A stretch of 64,000 nt of DNA from assembly GCA_903847095.1 (NCBI GenBank), contig CAINCQ010000029.1:5485-69484 (forward strand), read 5' to 3'. Source of the DNA: an uncultured bacterium. GTDB taxonomy: Bacteria > Patescibacteriota > Minisyncoccia > Minisyncoccales > UBA5738. The notes beneath the pieces are model-generated. The model was not told the DNA's origin. It saw only the letters and a program-made list of their open reading frames with translations, and did not search any database. This document shows positions 27,220 to 35,925 of this stretch, in pieces. Each line of letters begins with the position of its first letter. Position 1 is the first letter of the stretch. The translations under genes were made by a program, and so were the position numbers.

Positions 27220-28149
27220 CTAATCAAAAAAAGATATCAGGTATTTGTCGATCTCGCGCTGGTCAAGGTCGTAGAAATTTATGCCTTCTTCATGCAATTT
27301 CGAAGCCAAATCCCGGCCCACGAACCTCCAATGCCACGGTTCATATTGGTAATACGCGTTGCCTTGCGGATAAGAAAGAACAAATCCGTATTCGAAAGCA
27401 TTTTCTTGCAACCACCGATAGGCTTCTGTTTTATCGAAACCTATAAAACTGGCTCCGACTTGCGGCGTGGTCAAGTCGACGGTCGTCCCAAGCTGATGTT
27501 CCGAATAACCCTGGTCCGCCGAAAATTTGTTGGCTCCCGACCCGTACATCACCTTATATGACGACTTTAAACCGCTCTGGGTGCCAAACGACCGGTAAGC
27601 CGAGATTATTTTGAGATCGATATCGTCGTTTTTGGCGGCCGCAATCAATTTATCCAAAAAAGGCCAGACTTTAGAATAAAACAAATAGTCGTCTTTGGGA
27701 TTAAAGGTGTAATCGGAATCGATCTTAACGAATGATTCGGGAACGAAATTCTCGTTCAAAAAATATACTTTTGAATATTTCTTAAGCAGCTCCGGATCGG
27801 TCTGGCTCAGTTTTTCCAAGGTACCTACCGTACCCTGGATATCGCTGATCTGCGAATAGAAATCATCCATTCTCTTTTTTTCAAGATCATATTTAGTTTT
27901 AAAATCATCCCTTTCGGCCGTTGTCGTCGCCAGCTCCTCTTTGGTCGAATCGATAACCACATTAAGATTTTTAATATCATTATTCATTTTTTTTGACGTG
28001 GCGGTAAAGTCATTCCTGACCTGGTTGACCTCATTACCGCAAACCAGCACGTCCGCTTTCAATAAATAATTATTGTAAGCGAAATAAGCGGTAATGCCTC
28101 CGCCTACCGCGACCAACGCGACAAAAAAAGAAAATGGCTTATTCATCAT
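27220..28149 (-). CDS. VanY-type D-alanyl-D-alanine carboxypeptidase (peptidase M15B), membrane anchored
   Basis: SYRSFGTQ, SEHQLGTTVDL (H-x6-D), EPWHWRFVG; start taken at MMNKPFSFFVALVAV (28147-28149), track start 28221 also possible. Confidence 0.8.
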   Translation of the reverse strand: MMNKPFSFFVALVAVGGGITAYFAYNNYLLKADVLVCGNEVNQVRNDFTATSKKMNNDIKNLNVVIDSTKEELATTTAERDDFKTKYDLEKKRMDDFYSQISDIQGTVGTLEKLSQTDPELLKKYSKVYFLNENFVPESFVKIDSDYTFNPKDDYLFYSKVWPFLDKLIAAAKNDDIDLKIISAYRSFGTQSGLKSSYKVMYGSGANKFSADQGYSEHQLGTTVDLTTPQVGASFIGFDKTEAYRWLQENAFEYGFVLSYPQGNAYYQYEPWHWRFVGRDLASKLHEEGINFYDLDQREIDKYLISFFD

Positions 28150-28317
28150 TCGTACTATATCATTTTGCCGAAAAAAGAGAAAATGCCAAAAACCGCCCTT
28201 TCCGCGATTGCCGCCAAACATCTGGGCAAATTTGCTTGAATATGCAACACTGAGGCAAGCTATAGCTGGCTATAGAATAAAGGTCAAAAAGCTAAAATTA
28301 ACAACGAAACAAAACCC

Positions 28318-28665
28318 ATGGAAAAAGATAATAGTAACAGTGGAGTAAGGTTTATCACAATGGCCGCCTTTTTCGCCCTAGGAGCCGTTACTACGATGCT
28401 GTGTTCCCGCCGAACGCGCCAGAAAGCCTGCCGCTGGACCGACGAAATGCGGGAGGACGTGATGCGCCAAACCCGGGAAACCAAGGACATAACCCAGGAA
28501 AAATATAACCAGATCGTCGACGATATCCGCTATCGATACGAAACAATGAAAGACGTAAGCTCCCGGGAAATGAGCGGCCTCATCAACGAATTAAAAACAC
28601 ACTGGAAAAATATTTCCCAGGAAATTAACAGCGAAACCAGCGACTCTGGCCAGAAGCACGAGTAA
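28318..28665 (+). CDS. YtxH-like small membrane-anchored helical protein
   Basis: 115 aa; one N-terminal TM then charged helices. Confidence 0.45.
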   Translation: MEKDNSNSGVRFITMAAFFALGAVTTMLCSRRTRQKACRWTDEMREDVMRQTRETKDITQEKYNQIVDDIRYRYETMKDVSSREMSGLINELKTHWKNISQEINSETSDSGQKHE

Positions 28666-28898
28666 GAACAGCGCCAATCACCGATAAATCATATACGCGA
28701 TAAAGCATTGGTTTGCCACCCGGAAAGCGCCCTAAGCGGCGTTTTTTGGTTTAATCGATCAAGTAAAATTTAATTGTCGAATTATGATGAATATGTTAAA
28801 ATCAAGTTGCAACTAAATAAATACAAGGCGGTTGTCGAACCGCACAGCGGTCGTCGTAACCGCCTTTTCTATTATAAATATCAATTATTAATAATAAA

Positions 28899-29255
28899 AT
28901 GGATTCTTCCAACTCTCCCTCGACCAAACCGATATACCGAGGCACTCAAATTGCCTGGTATCTTTTGTATTGCGTGGAAGTATTATTGGCAATGAGGTTT
29001 GTCTTAAAACTGCTTGGAGCCAACTCCCAAGCCGGACTTGTAAGCTTTGTCTACGCCATAACATCGGTCCTGGCCGCTCCTTTTTTGAGCGTTTTTGGCA
29101 AAACCGAAGTGCTGGGCAGCGTTTTTGAGTGGACCACGCTTCTGGCTATGTTGATCTACTGGATTATTGTTTTATCCATAGTCAAACTTCTATTGATCGG
29201 TAAAACCGTTTCCACGCCGGAAGCCGCGGCAAAGTTAGACAAAGAAGATAAATAA
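28899..29255 (+). CDS. YggT-family membrane protein
   Basis: 118 aa; layout and LLAMRFVLKLLGAN ... EWTTLLAMLIYWIIV resemble YggT repeats. Confidence 0.55.
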   Translation: MDSSNSPSTKPIYRGTQIAWYLLYCVEVLLAMRFVLKLLGANSQAGLVSFVYAITSVLAAPFLSVFGKTEVLGSVFEWTTLLAMLIYWIIVLSIVKLLLIGKTVSTPEAAAKLDKEDK

Positions 29256-29275
29256 AAACATTAACCGACAAACTT

Positions 29276-29521
29276 ATGTCAATTCTTGTATATATAATTT
29301 TTGGCGCGTTAGTGGGCTGGGTCGCCTCTATAGTTATGGGCGGAACGAACGGATTATTGATCGATATCATCGTCGGTATCATTGGCGCCTCATTGGGCGG
29401 TTGGATCATGGATTTTTTTGGCAAGAGCGGCGTAAGTGGTTTTAACGTGTACAGTTTTCTGGTCGCGTTGCTTGGAGCGGTTGTATTGATCGCCGTTGTA
29501 AGAGCGTTGCAACGCGGCTAG
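29276..29521 (+). CDS. GlsB/YeaQ/YmgE-family stress membrane protein
   Basis: 81 aa; IIFGALVGWVASIVMG ... IVGIIGASLGGWI. Confidence 0.8.
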   Translation: MSILVYIIFGALVGWVASIVMGGTNGLLIDIIVGIIGASLGGWIMDFFGKSGVSGFNVYSFLVALLGAVVLIAVVRALQRG

Positions 29522-29553
29522 AGTTCGCCGACAAATCATGCCTTTGCCTTTTT

Positions 29554-29584
29554 AAAAAACCACAGACTTGTCTGTGGTTTTTTT
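29554..29584. terminator. bidirectional intrinsic terminator
   Basis: aaaaaaccacaga-cttg-tctgtggtttttt. Confidence 0.75.
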
Positions 29585-29628
29585 GATTGTCGTTCTGTCC
29601 CGTGAATTTTTTTTAGCGACGGATGACT

Positions 29629-30123
29629 CTAACCCGATCCGTTGAATTTTTCCAGCGTTTTGGCGGCCACTCCCGGATTAACCAGTTCGTTAAGTTTTTT
29701 CCGATCGTTGTTCTTGGCGGCGAATCTCGCGGCCGTCGAGGACATTTTTTCAAAAATTCTAGCCGCGATGATGTAGTGATAATGGGTAACGCCGAAATTG
29801 TCGCGGTTATAAATCATGACATTATTTTCGTAAATGATGTCGTTGTTGTCGCGGATGCCTCTGACCATAATGACCAGGCTTTTTTGGTCGCGGTCTTTCA
29901 AAAATTCTTCCAGGGTCGCCACTTTGATCTTTCCGCCAAGATCATAAGTTTGCCACATGGCCTTACACTCTTCGGGCGTGAATATGTTTTTTTCCTCCTT
30001 CACTGGATTTACCGAACAAACCACCGTGATTTCGCCGAAAGCGGCCGCGGCCTCTTTGGCCAAGGCGACGTGCCCGTAATGCGGCGGACAAAATGTCCCC
30101 GGATAAATATATATTTTTTTCAT
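29629..30123 (-). CDS. cytidylyltransferase-family adenylyltransferase (CoaD-like size; NaMN adenylyltransferase role not excluded)
   Basis: 164 aa; YPGTFCPPHYGHV (GxFxxxHxGH) and MSSTAAR (ISSTxxR-like). Confidence 0.65.
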   Translation of the reverse strand: MKKIYIYPGTFCPPHYGHVALAKEAAAAFGEITVVCSVNPVKEEKNIFTPEECKAMWQTYDLGGKIKVATLEEFLKDRDQKSLVIMVRGIRDNNDIIYENNVMIYNRDNFGVTHYHYIIAARIFEKMSSTAARFAAKNNDRKKLNELVNPGVAAKTLEKFNGSG

Positions 30124-30145
30124 CGTTAGTGCTTAATATTCATTC

Positions 30146-31531
30146 TTAATTCTTAAAACTGGTAAGCGGAGGCGGAATCTGACCCTTGCGCCAAATCAAG
30201 CCATCGGATTTTTCCTTATGAACATCGATGATATAAGCGCCGCCGAGCAGACCACCCCAGGAAACATAGTCCCCGGCAATTTTGCCCGGTACCGGAATGA
30301 TTCTCACTGCCGTGGTCTTATGGTTCATTACGCCGATCGCCATTTCATCGGCAATGATCGCGGCAATCGTCGTCGTTCGCGTATCGCCGGGAATCGCCAC
30401 CATATCCAAGCCAACCGAACAAATGGCGGTCAACGCCTCCAGTTTATCCAAGGTCAAGCATTTTTTCTTGACCGCGTCCGCCAAGAACTTATCCTCGCTT
30501 ACCGGGATAAACGCACCCGATAAACCGCCGATATTGGCCGACGCCATAATCCCGCCTTTCTTGACCGCGTCGGTCAGAAGCGCCAACGCCGCGGTTGTGC
30601 CGTGCGTACCCACGGTTTCCAACCCGATAAGTTCCAACACTTCTCCCACGCTATCGCCCACCTGGGTCGTGGGCGCCAGCGAAAGATCGACACTGCCGAA
30701 TTTCACCCCTAATTCCTTGGCTACCTGCCGCCCGATCAGCTCGCCGGCGCGGGTGATTTTAAAAGCCATCTTTTTTATCTCATTGGCCAGCTCTTCCAGT
30801 GGCAAATCCTTAGGTAAATCGGCAATGGCCGAACGTACCGCGCCCGGACCGCTGATCCCGACATTGATCACCGAATCCTTGCCGGTTATACCGTGGAACC
30901 CGCCAGCCATGAACGGATTGTCATTGACCGAGTTGGCAAAAACCACCAGCTTGGCGCAACCAACCGCCTGTTTTGACTGATTGGCGGTTTCCAAAATGAT
31001 CTGACCGAGGTGCGCCACCACATCCATGTTGATACCCGCCTTGGTTGAAGCCACATTAATGAAAGCACAAACTTTGTTGGTTTTGGATAGGACCTCCGGC
31101 AAAGATTCAATGATCATTTTATCCGCGTAAGTAGTACCGTTTTCAACCAGCGCTCCGTACCCGCCGATAAAATCAATCTTTAACTCGGTAGCGATCTCAT
31201 CCAAATTCCGGGCGTAATCCAAACAAATTTTTAGATCGTTTACCCGGTCGTTCCTGAATAAATTGGCGATCACCAATGTAGCGGGCGTCAAAGTGATCCG
31301 CTTGTTGATGATCGGAACGCCAAACTCATTTTCCACTTTTTGAGCCTTTTGATTGAATTTTTTGGCGAGCGCAAAAAGGCGCTTTCGGATAAGCGCGTTG
31401 GTCTTTTCGATGGTATCGGAAACACAAGAAATGATCTCTATGCCCAAAGTCACGGTACGGATATCGAACTTATCGCGCGCCGTCAGCTGGACCGATTCAT
31501 AGATCTCATTTAGCGATAACCCTTCTTTCAT
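30146..31531 (-). CDS. UPF0210 (PFL-family/DUF711) protein
   Basis: 461 aa; DIRTVTLGI start region and the conserved pairing with an upstream UPF0237 ACT protein. Confidence 0.75.
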   Translation of the reverse strand: MKEGLSLNEIYESVQLTARDKFDIRTVTLGIEIISCVSDTIEKTNALIRKRLFALAKKFNQKAQKVENEFGVPIINKRITLTPATLVIANLFRNDRVNDLKICLDYARNLDEIATELKIDFIGGYGALVENGTTYADKMIIESLPEVLSKTNKVCAFINVASTKAGINMDVVAHLGQIILETANQSKQAVGCAKLVVFANSVNDNPFMAGGFHGITGKDSVINVGISGPGAVRSAIADLPKDLPLEELANEIKKMAFKITRAGELIGRQVAKELGVKFGSVDLSLAPTTQVGDSVGEVLELIGLETVGTHGTTAALALLTDAVKKGGIMASANIGGLSGAFIPVSEDKFLADAVKKKCLTLDKLEALTAICSVGLDMVAIPGDTRTTTIAAIIADEMAIGVMNHKTTAVRIIPVPGKIAGDYVSWGGLLGGAYIIDVHKEKSDGLIWRKGQIPPPLTSFKN

Positions 31532-31824
31532 ATTCGGTTCATCGCCGTGAATATGCGCTGGTTGTAAAGCGAAATATCCGCGCCGATCTTTTTTCCCAGA
31601 GTCTTTAGTTCCCGCGAAAGCGCCTCGAAATCGACACTGGACGCGGCCAGGTCAACCGCCATGATCATAAAAAAATTCCCTTTGATCACTCCCTGGCTGA
31701 TCTCCTCGATATTGATCATTTTTTCCCAGAGCAAAGAGCTTACCTGCGCCACGATCCCGGGCTGGTCCTTGGCGATTATCGCGATAATCGGTAAATCATT
31801 TCGGCCATTTTCTATTTTTTTCAT
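31528..31824 (-). CDS. ACT-domain protein (UPF0237)
   Basis: 98 aa; IIAIIAKDQPGIVAQVSSLLWEKMINIEEISQ; 4-nt overlap with UPF0210 gene. Confidence 0.75.
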   Translation of the reverse strand: MKKIENGRNDLPIIAIIAKDQPGIVAQVSSLLWEKMINIEEISQGVIKGNFFMIMAVDLAASSVDFEALSRELKTLGKKIGADISLYNQRIFTAMNRI

Positions 31825-31834
31825 GGGAAAATTG

Positions 31835-32167
31835 TTATTGAAAATTATCGAGATTTATCGAGTTGAGGGATTGGTTGACCAAATTGATCAATGCGACAGT
31901 GAACCAAATCGAAGCCACTATTGATATTATGGTCAGGACTACGGCGGTTAGGCCGATCTTTCTTAATTCCTGATCGCCCTTCTCCAGGTATTTCCAGGCA
32001 TACCAAAGTCCGAAAGGCGGCAAAAACAAACTCACAAAATAGATGGTAATTTGCTTTGATAACGACGTTGAGAGAGGTTTATTCTTTTGCGGTTTTCCGC
32101 AATTGGGGCACGCCTTGGCCTCATCGGAAATTTCGTGCCCGCACTCTTTGCATTTTAACAGCGCCAT
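31835..32167 (-). CDS. zinc-ribbon membrane protein
   Basis: 110 aa; CKECGHEISDEAKACPNCG then two TM helices. Confidence 0.6.
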   Translation of the reverse strand: MALLKCKECGHEISDEAKACPNCGKPQKNKPLSTSLSKQITIYFVSLFLPPFGLWYAWKYLEKGDQELRKIGLTAVVLTIISIVASIWFTVALINLVNQSLNSINLDNFQ

Positions 32168-32408
32168 ATTATTGATATATTTAACTTTCCGCTCTTATAA
32201 AAACCGCCGGCTGTCATATTTATCCATCCTGACCCAAGCAGGTTTATTATTTTTGGAGGCCCGCGCAAGATAAGGGTAATTACATTATGAGGCTATATTT
32301 CTTTTAGTTTACCATATTTTTTAAGGAAGTTTGTTTATCCCCCATAAACTAATTTTTTGTTATTGTTTTACTCCTATTCAAAAATCAGCAACAATCCTTT
32401 AATGCTTA

Positions 32409-32436
32409 TTGACAAATTTAGTAAATGTGCTATTAA
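32409..32436 (+). promoter_or_regulatory. sigma70-type promoter of the four-gene operon (TTGACA-N16-TATTAA)
   Basis: ttgaca 32409-32414, tattaa 32431-32436, about 60 nt upstream of ATG 32497. Confidence 0.55.
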
Positions 32437-32496
32437 CTTCCACAGCTGTTCTTTGTCAATTTATGAGCAGACTTAGCAGGAGGAATAAGGGATTCT

Positions 32497-33318
32497 ATGG
32501 AGATAGTTAACGGATCTAGCCGCTACGAAATCGGTAAGATGGTGGCGGAAACAGAAATTTACCGGCTTTACCTGTGCCAACAGGATGGCGCAAAAAAACA
32601 GTGCCTAATGCAAATCGCGGCATGCGTGGAACAAAACAGCATTCTTACCCGTTCCGCGTTCCGCCTCAAAAAGCTGGAACAAAGCGCTTATGAGGTTGAA
32701 GAGGAATTTGCGCGCCTGAATCCGGGATCAAAAACCCGGCTGGACTATCAGTTGGGATTTCCCGAAGTGATAGACAGCTTTGTCAGTGTTGAACAAGGCG
32801 AACGGCAAATCAACATCCTCGGATTCCGAAACGTGGAATTCGTTCACCAGATGGTGCCGCTCTCCAATATTACCCAAAAAGACAAGGCGCGGATAGACCT
32901 TAAAACCAGCGCCTGGATTCTTGGTAAAATATTGAAGGAGTTGGTATTCATCCATGGCGAGGGATATTCTTTCGAACAGCTTGACGGCGACAGCATTCTG
33001 ATCGAGCCGGTCCAGCACTACGCGATGATCTTTGACTGGTCTTATATTGAACCGGCCACGGACACAAAGCGCCGGCGGGACATTTCGCAGGTTGCGAAAG
33101 CGGTAATGCTTGCTTTGGGATTCGACCAAAAAACGGGAACTTTCCCGCCTGATGGCGACGAACATTTCGAGCAGTATACCGGTTTTATCTTAAAGCTGGC
33201 GCGCGGAGAAATGACTAGCGCCAAAAAGGCGCATGAGGAATTCTATGGTATCGTCTACTCCATCTGGGAGCGAACATACCACGACTTCACCGAAATCCCA
33301 TTAGAAAGGAGGAATTAA
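32497..33318 (+). CDS. protein-kinase-like fold protein with degenerate catalytic motifs (operon gene A)
   Basis: 273 aa; order of segments resembles a kinase: CLMQIA (VAIK position, Lys to Gln), FIHGEGYSFEQLDGDSILIE (HRD loop position), MIFDWSY (DFG position). Confidence 0.6.
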   Translation: MEIVNGSSRYEIGKMVAETEIYRLYLCQQDGAKKQCLMQIAACVEQNSILTRSAFRLKKLEQSAYEVEEEFARLNPGSKTRLDYQLGFPEVIDSFVSVEQGERQINILGFRNVEFVHQMVPLSNITQKDKARIDLKTSAWILGKILKELVFIHGEGYSFEQLDGDSILIEPVQHYAMIFDWSYIEPATDTKRRRDISQVAKAVMLALGFDQKTGTFPPDGDEHFEQYTGFILKLARGEMTSAKKAHEEFYGIVYSIWERTYHDFTEIPLERRN

Positions 33319-33320
33319 AA

Positions 33321-34514
33321 ATGGTCAAAGGAAGAACTTGGTCAACGACCGCGTACGAAAAAGTCAGCACTAAAGCCACGAAAGGCGGTACGGTAAGCGC
33401 TACAAGCATTGCCGAGCAACGGATGCTTCAAGGAGAAACCTTGGATCCAATGGTCGATCCGAAAGGAACAGCCACCCTGGGATCGATCCGCCGATCATTG
33501 CCCCGCTTCGAAAAAGAAGGCTCATACTGGAAGTTGCGATACGGCGTGCCTATGGCGATAGAAACAGCACTGGATACGACCGGCTCAATGGGAGATAACG
33601 TTGATCTGGCTTTCGGAGCCTTGCCACAATTTTACGACATGCTTAAGGTAGGCAGAAATCCTATCCTCGCCCAATATGATCCGCACATCATGACGACAAT
33701 CTTTAATGACGTCATGGATTTCGTCCATAGTAACGGAAAAAAACCGGTGATGTGCCGAACCCAGTTCGAGATGGATGAGAGGATTGCCGAGCAAATGACC
33801 AACCTCGTTCCGGGAAAAGGTGGCTGTGGCAACGGGAAGGAAGATCCGCAATATGCGCTTTTCGGCGCCGCGTATCTTACGAACGCCGCGATCCACACCA
33901 GGTGGGACCTGAAATCCTATCACTTTACCAGCTCGGATGAACCGACGGACATAACCGTCGCCCGGAAATGGCTGGAAGAGATTTACGGTCCGGACGTATT
34001 GGAGAGATGCAAAGAGAACGGTTACAACCTTGACTCCGGCAACCTTCCCGATACCGCGGAAATAATCGCGGAGCTGAAAACAAAAGCTCACGCGTTCTTC
34101 CTGCAAGTACCGGGATCGTATGACCGGACCGTCAAAGAGCAGTGGACCGATCTCTACGGACCGGAACACTTCGTCCGAATTCCCGGCAGCACAAGGTATT
34201 TGCACGCAGTGCAAGCAACCATTGTCGGGTTGACGGAAGGAGTAATCACTCTGGACAGCTCAGAAGGATTCCTTTTGGAACACAGGGTACCGAAATCACA
34301 AGCTCGACTCATAGTGGAAGCGGTAGAACATATTCCGCTGGCCGCGCAAACCCTGCATCCGAACTTCAAACGCCTGCCCAAACCCGGCGATCTATTCGAG
34401 AAAAAAACCGACCTTTGGCCAATTGATTCGAGCAAAATCAAGCCGAAGATGATCCCGAGCAAAATCGGGCCGAAAATCATCGACCTGGAAAAAAAAGGGA
34501 CTACCTGGCTGTAG
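33321..34514 (+). CDS. von Willebrand factor A (vWA) domain protein with MIDAS-like motif (operon gene B)
   Basis: 397 aa; AGGAGG SD; VPMAIETALDTTGSMGD (D85-x-T-x-S) at the start of an alternating strand/helix region. Confidence 0.7.
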   Translation: MVKGRTWSTTAYEKVSTKATKGGTVSATSIAEQRMLQGETLDPMVDPKGTATLGSIRRSLPRFEKEGSYWKLRYGVPMAIETALDTTGSMGDNVDLAFGALPQFYDMLKVGRNPILAQYDPHIMTTIFNDVMDFVHSNGKKPVMCRTQFEMDERIAEQMTNLVPGKGGCGNGKEDPQYALFGAAYLTNAAIHTRWDLKSYHFTSSDEPTDITVARKWLEEIYGPDVLERCKENGYNLDSGNLPDTAEIIAELKTKAHAFFLQVPGSYDRTVKEQWTDLYGPEHFVRIPGSTRYLHAVQATIVGLTEGVITLDSSEGFLLEHRVPKSQARLIVEAVEHIPLAAQTLHPNFKRLPKPGDLFEKKTDLWPIDSSKIKPKMIPSKIGPKIIDLEKKGTTWL

Positions 34515-34524
34515 CGAGACGCCC

Positions 34525-35910
34525 ATGACCGAAAAGATCTACGTTATCACTGATCTGGGCCAAGGCGATGGCGGAAAAGGCACGGTGGTGCATAAAGTCG
34601 CCACCATGACCGATGCCGTTTGTGTAGCGAAAACAGGCGGCTTCCAAGGCAGCCACGGCATGCGGAATTCGGACGGACAGCATTTCGGGTTCAGCCAATT
34701 CGGCTGCGGCACCTTCGAGGGAATCAAAACTCATATTACTCCCCTGATGGTCGCTTCCCCGGAAGGCTGGCTGAACGAAGGAAACGCCCTCCGGTATCAA
34801 TATGGCATACACAACGCTTTCGATCTGCTTACGATAGACGAAAGAGCCTTGTGCGCTACACCGTACCACGGAATCGCCTCGCGCCTCAAAGAACTGGCGC
34901 GCGGCAATAATCCCCGGGGAACGGTGGGAACGGGAGCGGGAGAAACGTATCGCTATTCGCATAAGTATCCCGATCTTACGATCAGGGCCGGCGATCTTTT
35001 AAGATCCGACCTCAGAGATCGACTTATCGACATTCGCGAACAGATACGCGAAAACCTCGACTCCATCATCAAGGAAGAATTTCTTCCCGCGGATCGCGAT
35101 ACTGCCGAAAAGGAAATCGCTTTGCTCTACGATGACGGTTTTTTAGACTACATCGCGGGGCGGTTTCAAAAAGCGGGCCGCGAAGCAAGTATTGTCGACA
35201 GCGATTATTTCGAACGGGAAATTCTTTCCCAAGACGGAATAGTGGTTGTCGAAAGATCGCACGGAGTGCTGACTCACCCTGAAAACGGGTTTCATCCGCA
35301 CACCAACGCGATTCCGACACTACCCTGCTTTGTGCGCAATATGCTTAAAGAAGCCGGCTATGACGGACCCATTGTGGATATCGGGGTAACCCGAGCCTAT
35401 GCGATCAGCCACGGCGCCAGACCTATGCCAACCGCCGATCCGGCGATGGCGGAAAGTTTGCTGCCCGGCAGCCACAAAGAAAAGAACCGTTATCAAGGAG
35501 AAGTGCGCGTAGGACCGCTTGACCTCGTTTTGCTTCATTACGCAATTGAGGTATGCGGAGGACCAAGCGCGTTCGCTGGCCTGGCCATAACCTGGTTTGA
35601 CCAGATCCAGGCCAACGGAAAATGGAACCTTTGCGATAGGTATCAAAACGCGGATAACCGGATATTTTTCACGCCTTCGGGCGCGATCAAAGTCCGGCGC
35701 GGTACGGACGAAAAACAACTGGAATACCAGGAGGCTCTGGGAAACGAACTTCTAAGGTGCAAACCGGAAATCACAACTCTTGCATTGCCGCCGACCGCGA
35801 TTCGGGAAGAACTCTTCTCGTTTTGCGCCGGTGTCTTAGAACCAAGACTGGGGGTTCCAGTCCGCATGGTCTCGTTTGGTCCAACGGAGTTGGACAAAGT
35901 CTGTATATGA
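34525..35910 (+). CDS. adenylosuccinate synthetase (PurA) superfamily enzyme, divergent (operon gene C)
   Basis: 461 aa; ITDLGQGDGGKGTVV (cf. GxQWGDEGKGK), TGGFQGSHGM (cf. QGGHNAGH), RGTVGTGAGETY (cf. GTTxxGIGPxY), HGARPMPT (cf. GxGPFPT), YQGEVRVGPLDLVLL (cf. TGRxRRxGWxDxV). Confidence 0.75.
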   Translation: MTEKIYVITDLGQGDGGKGTVVHKVATMTDAVCVAKTGGFQGSHGMRNSDGQHFGFSQFGCGTFEGIKTHITPLMVASPEGWLNEGNALRYQYGIHNAFDLLTIDERALCATPYHGIASRLKELARGNNPRGTVGTGAGETYRYSHKYPDLTIRAGDLLRSDLRDRLIDIREQIRENLDSIIKEEFLPADRDTAEKEIALLYDDGFLDYIAGRFQKAGREASIVDSDYFEREILSQDGIVVVERSHGVLTHPENGFHPHTNAIPTLPCFVRNMLKEAGYDGPIVDIGVTRAYAISHGARPMPTADPAMAESLLPGSHKEKNRYQGEVRVGPLDLVLLHYAIEVCGGPSAFAGLAITWFDQIQANGKWNLCDRYQNADNRIFFTPSGAIKVRRGTDEKQLEYQEALGNELLRCKPEITTLALPPTAIREELFSFCAGVLEPRLGVPVRMVSFGPTELDKVCI

Positions 35911-35925
35911 AGGAGGCAAAAGAAA

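Noticed and set aside
28774-28995. A 73-aa plus-strand ORF upstream of and overlapping the YggT-like gene.
   Set aside because: It overlaps the better-supported membrane-protein ORF out of frame, is AT-rich, and has no SD.
34525-35910. Calling this gene the housekeeping purA.
   Set aside because: The fold-level motifs are present, but the segments I recall as IMP and aspartate contacts are substituted. The gene is also embedded in an operon with vWA and kinase-like genes rather than purine genes. It is kept as a PurA-superfamily enzyme of unknown specificity. The question remains open until a genome-wide purA search is done.
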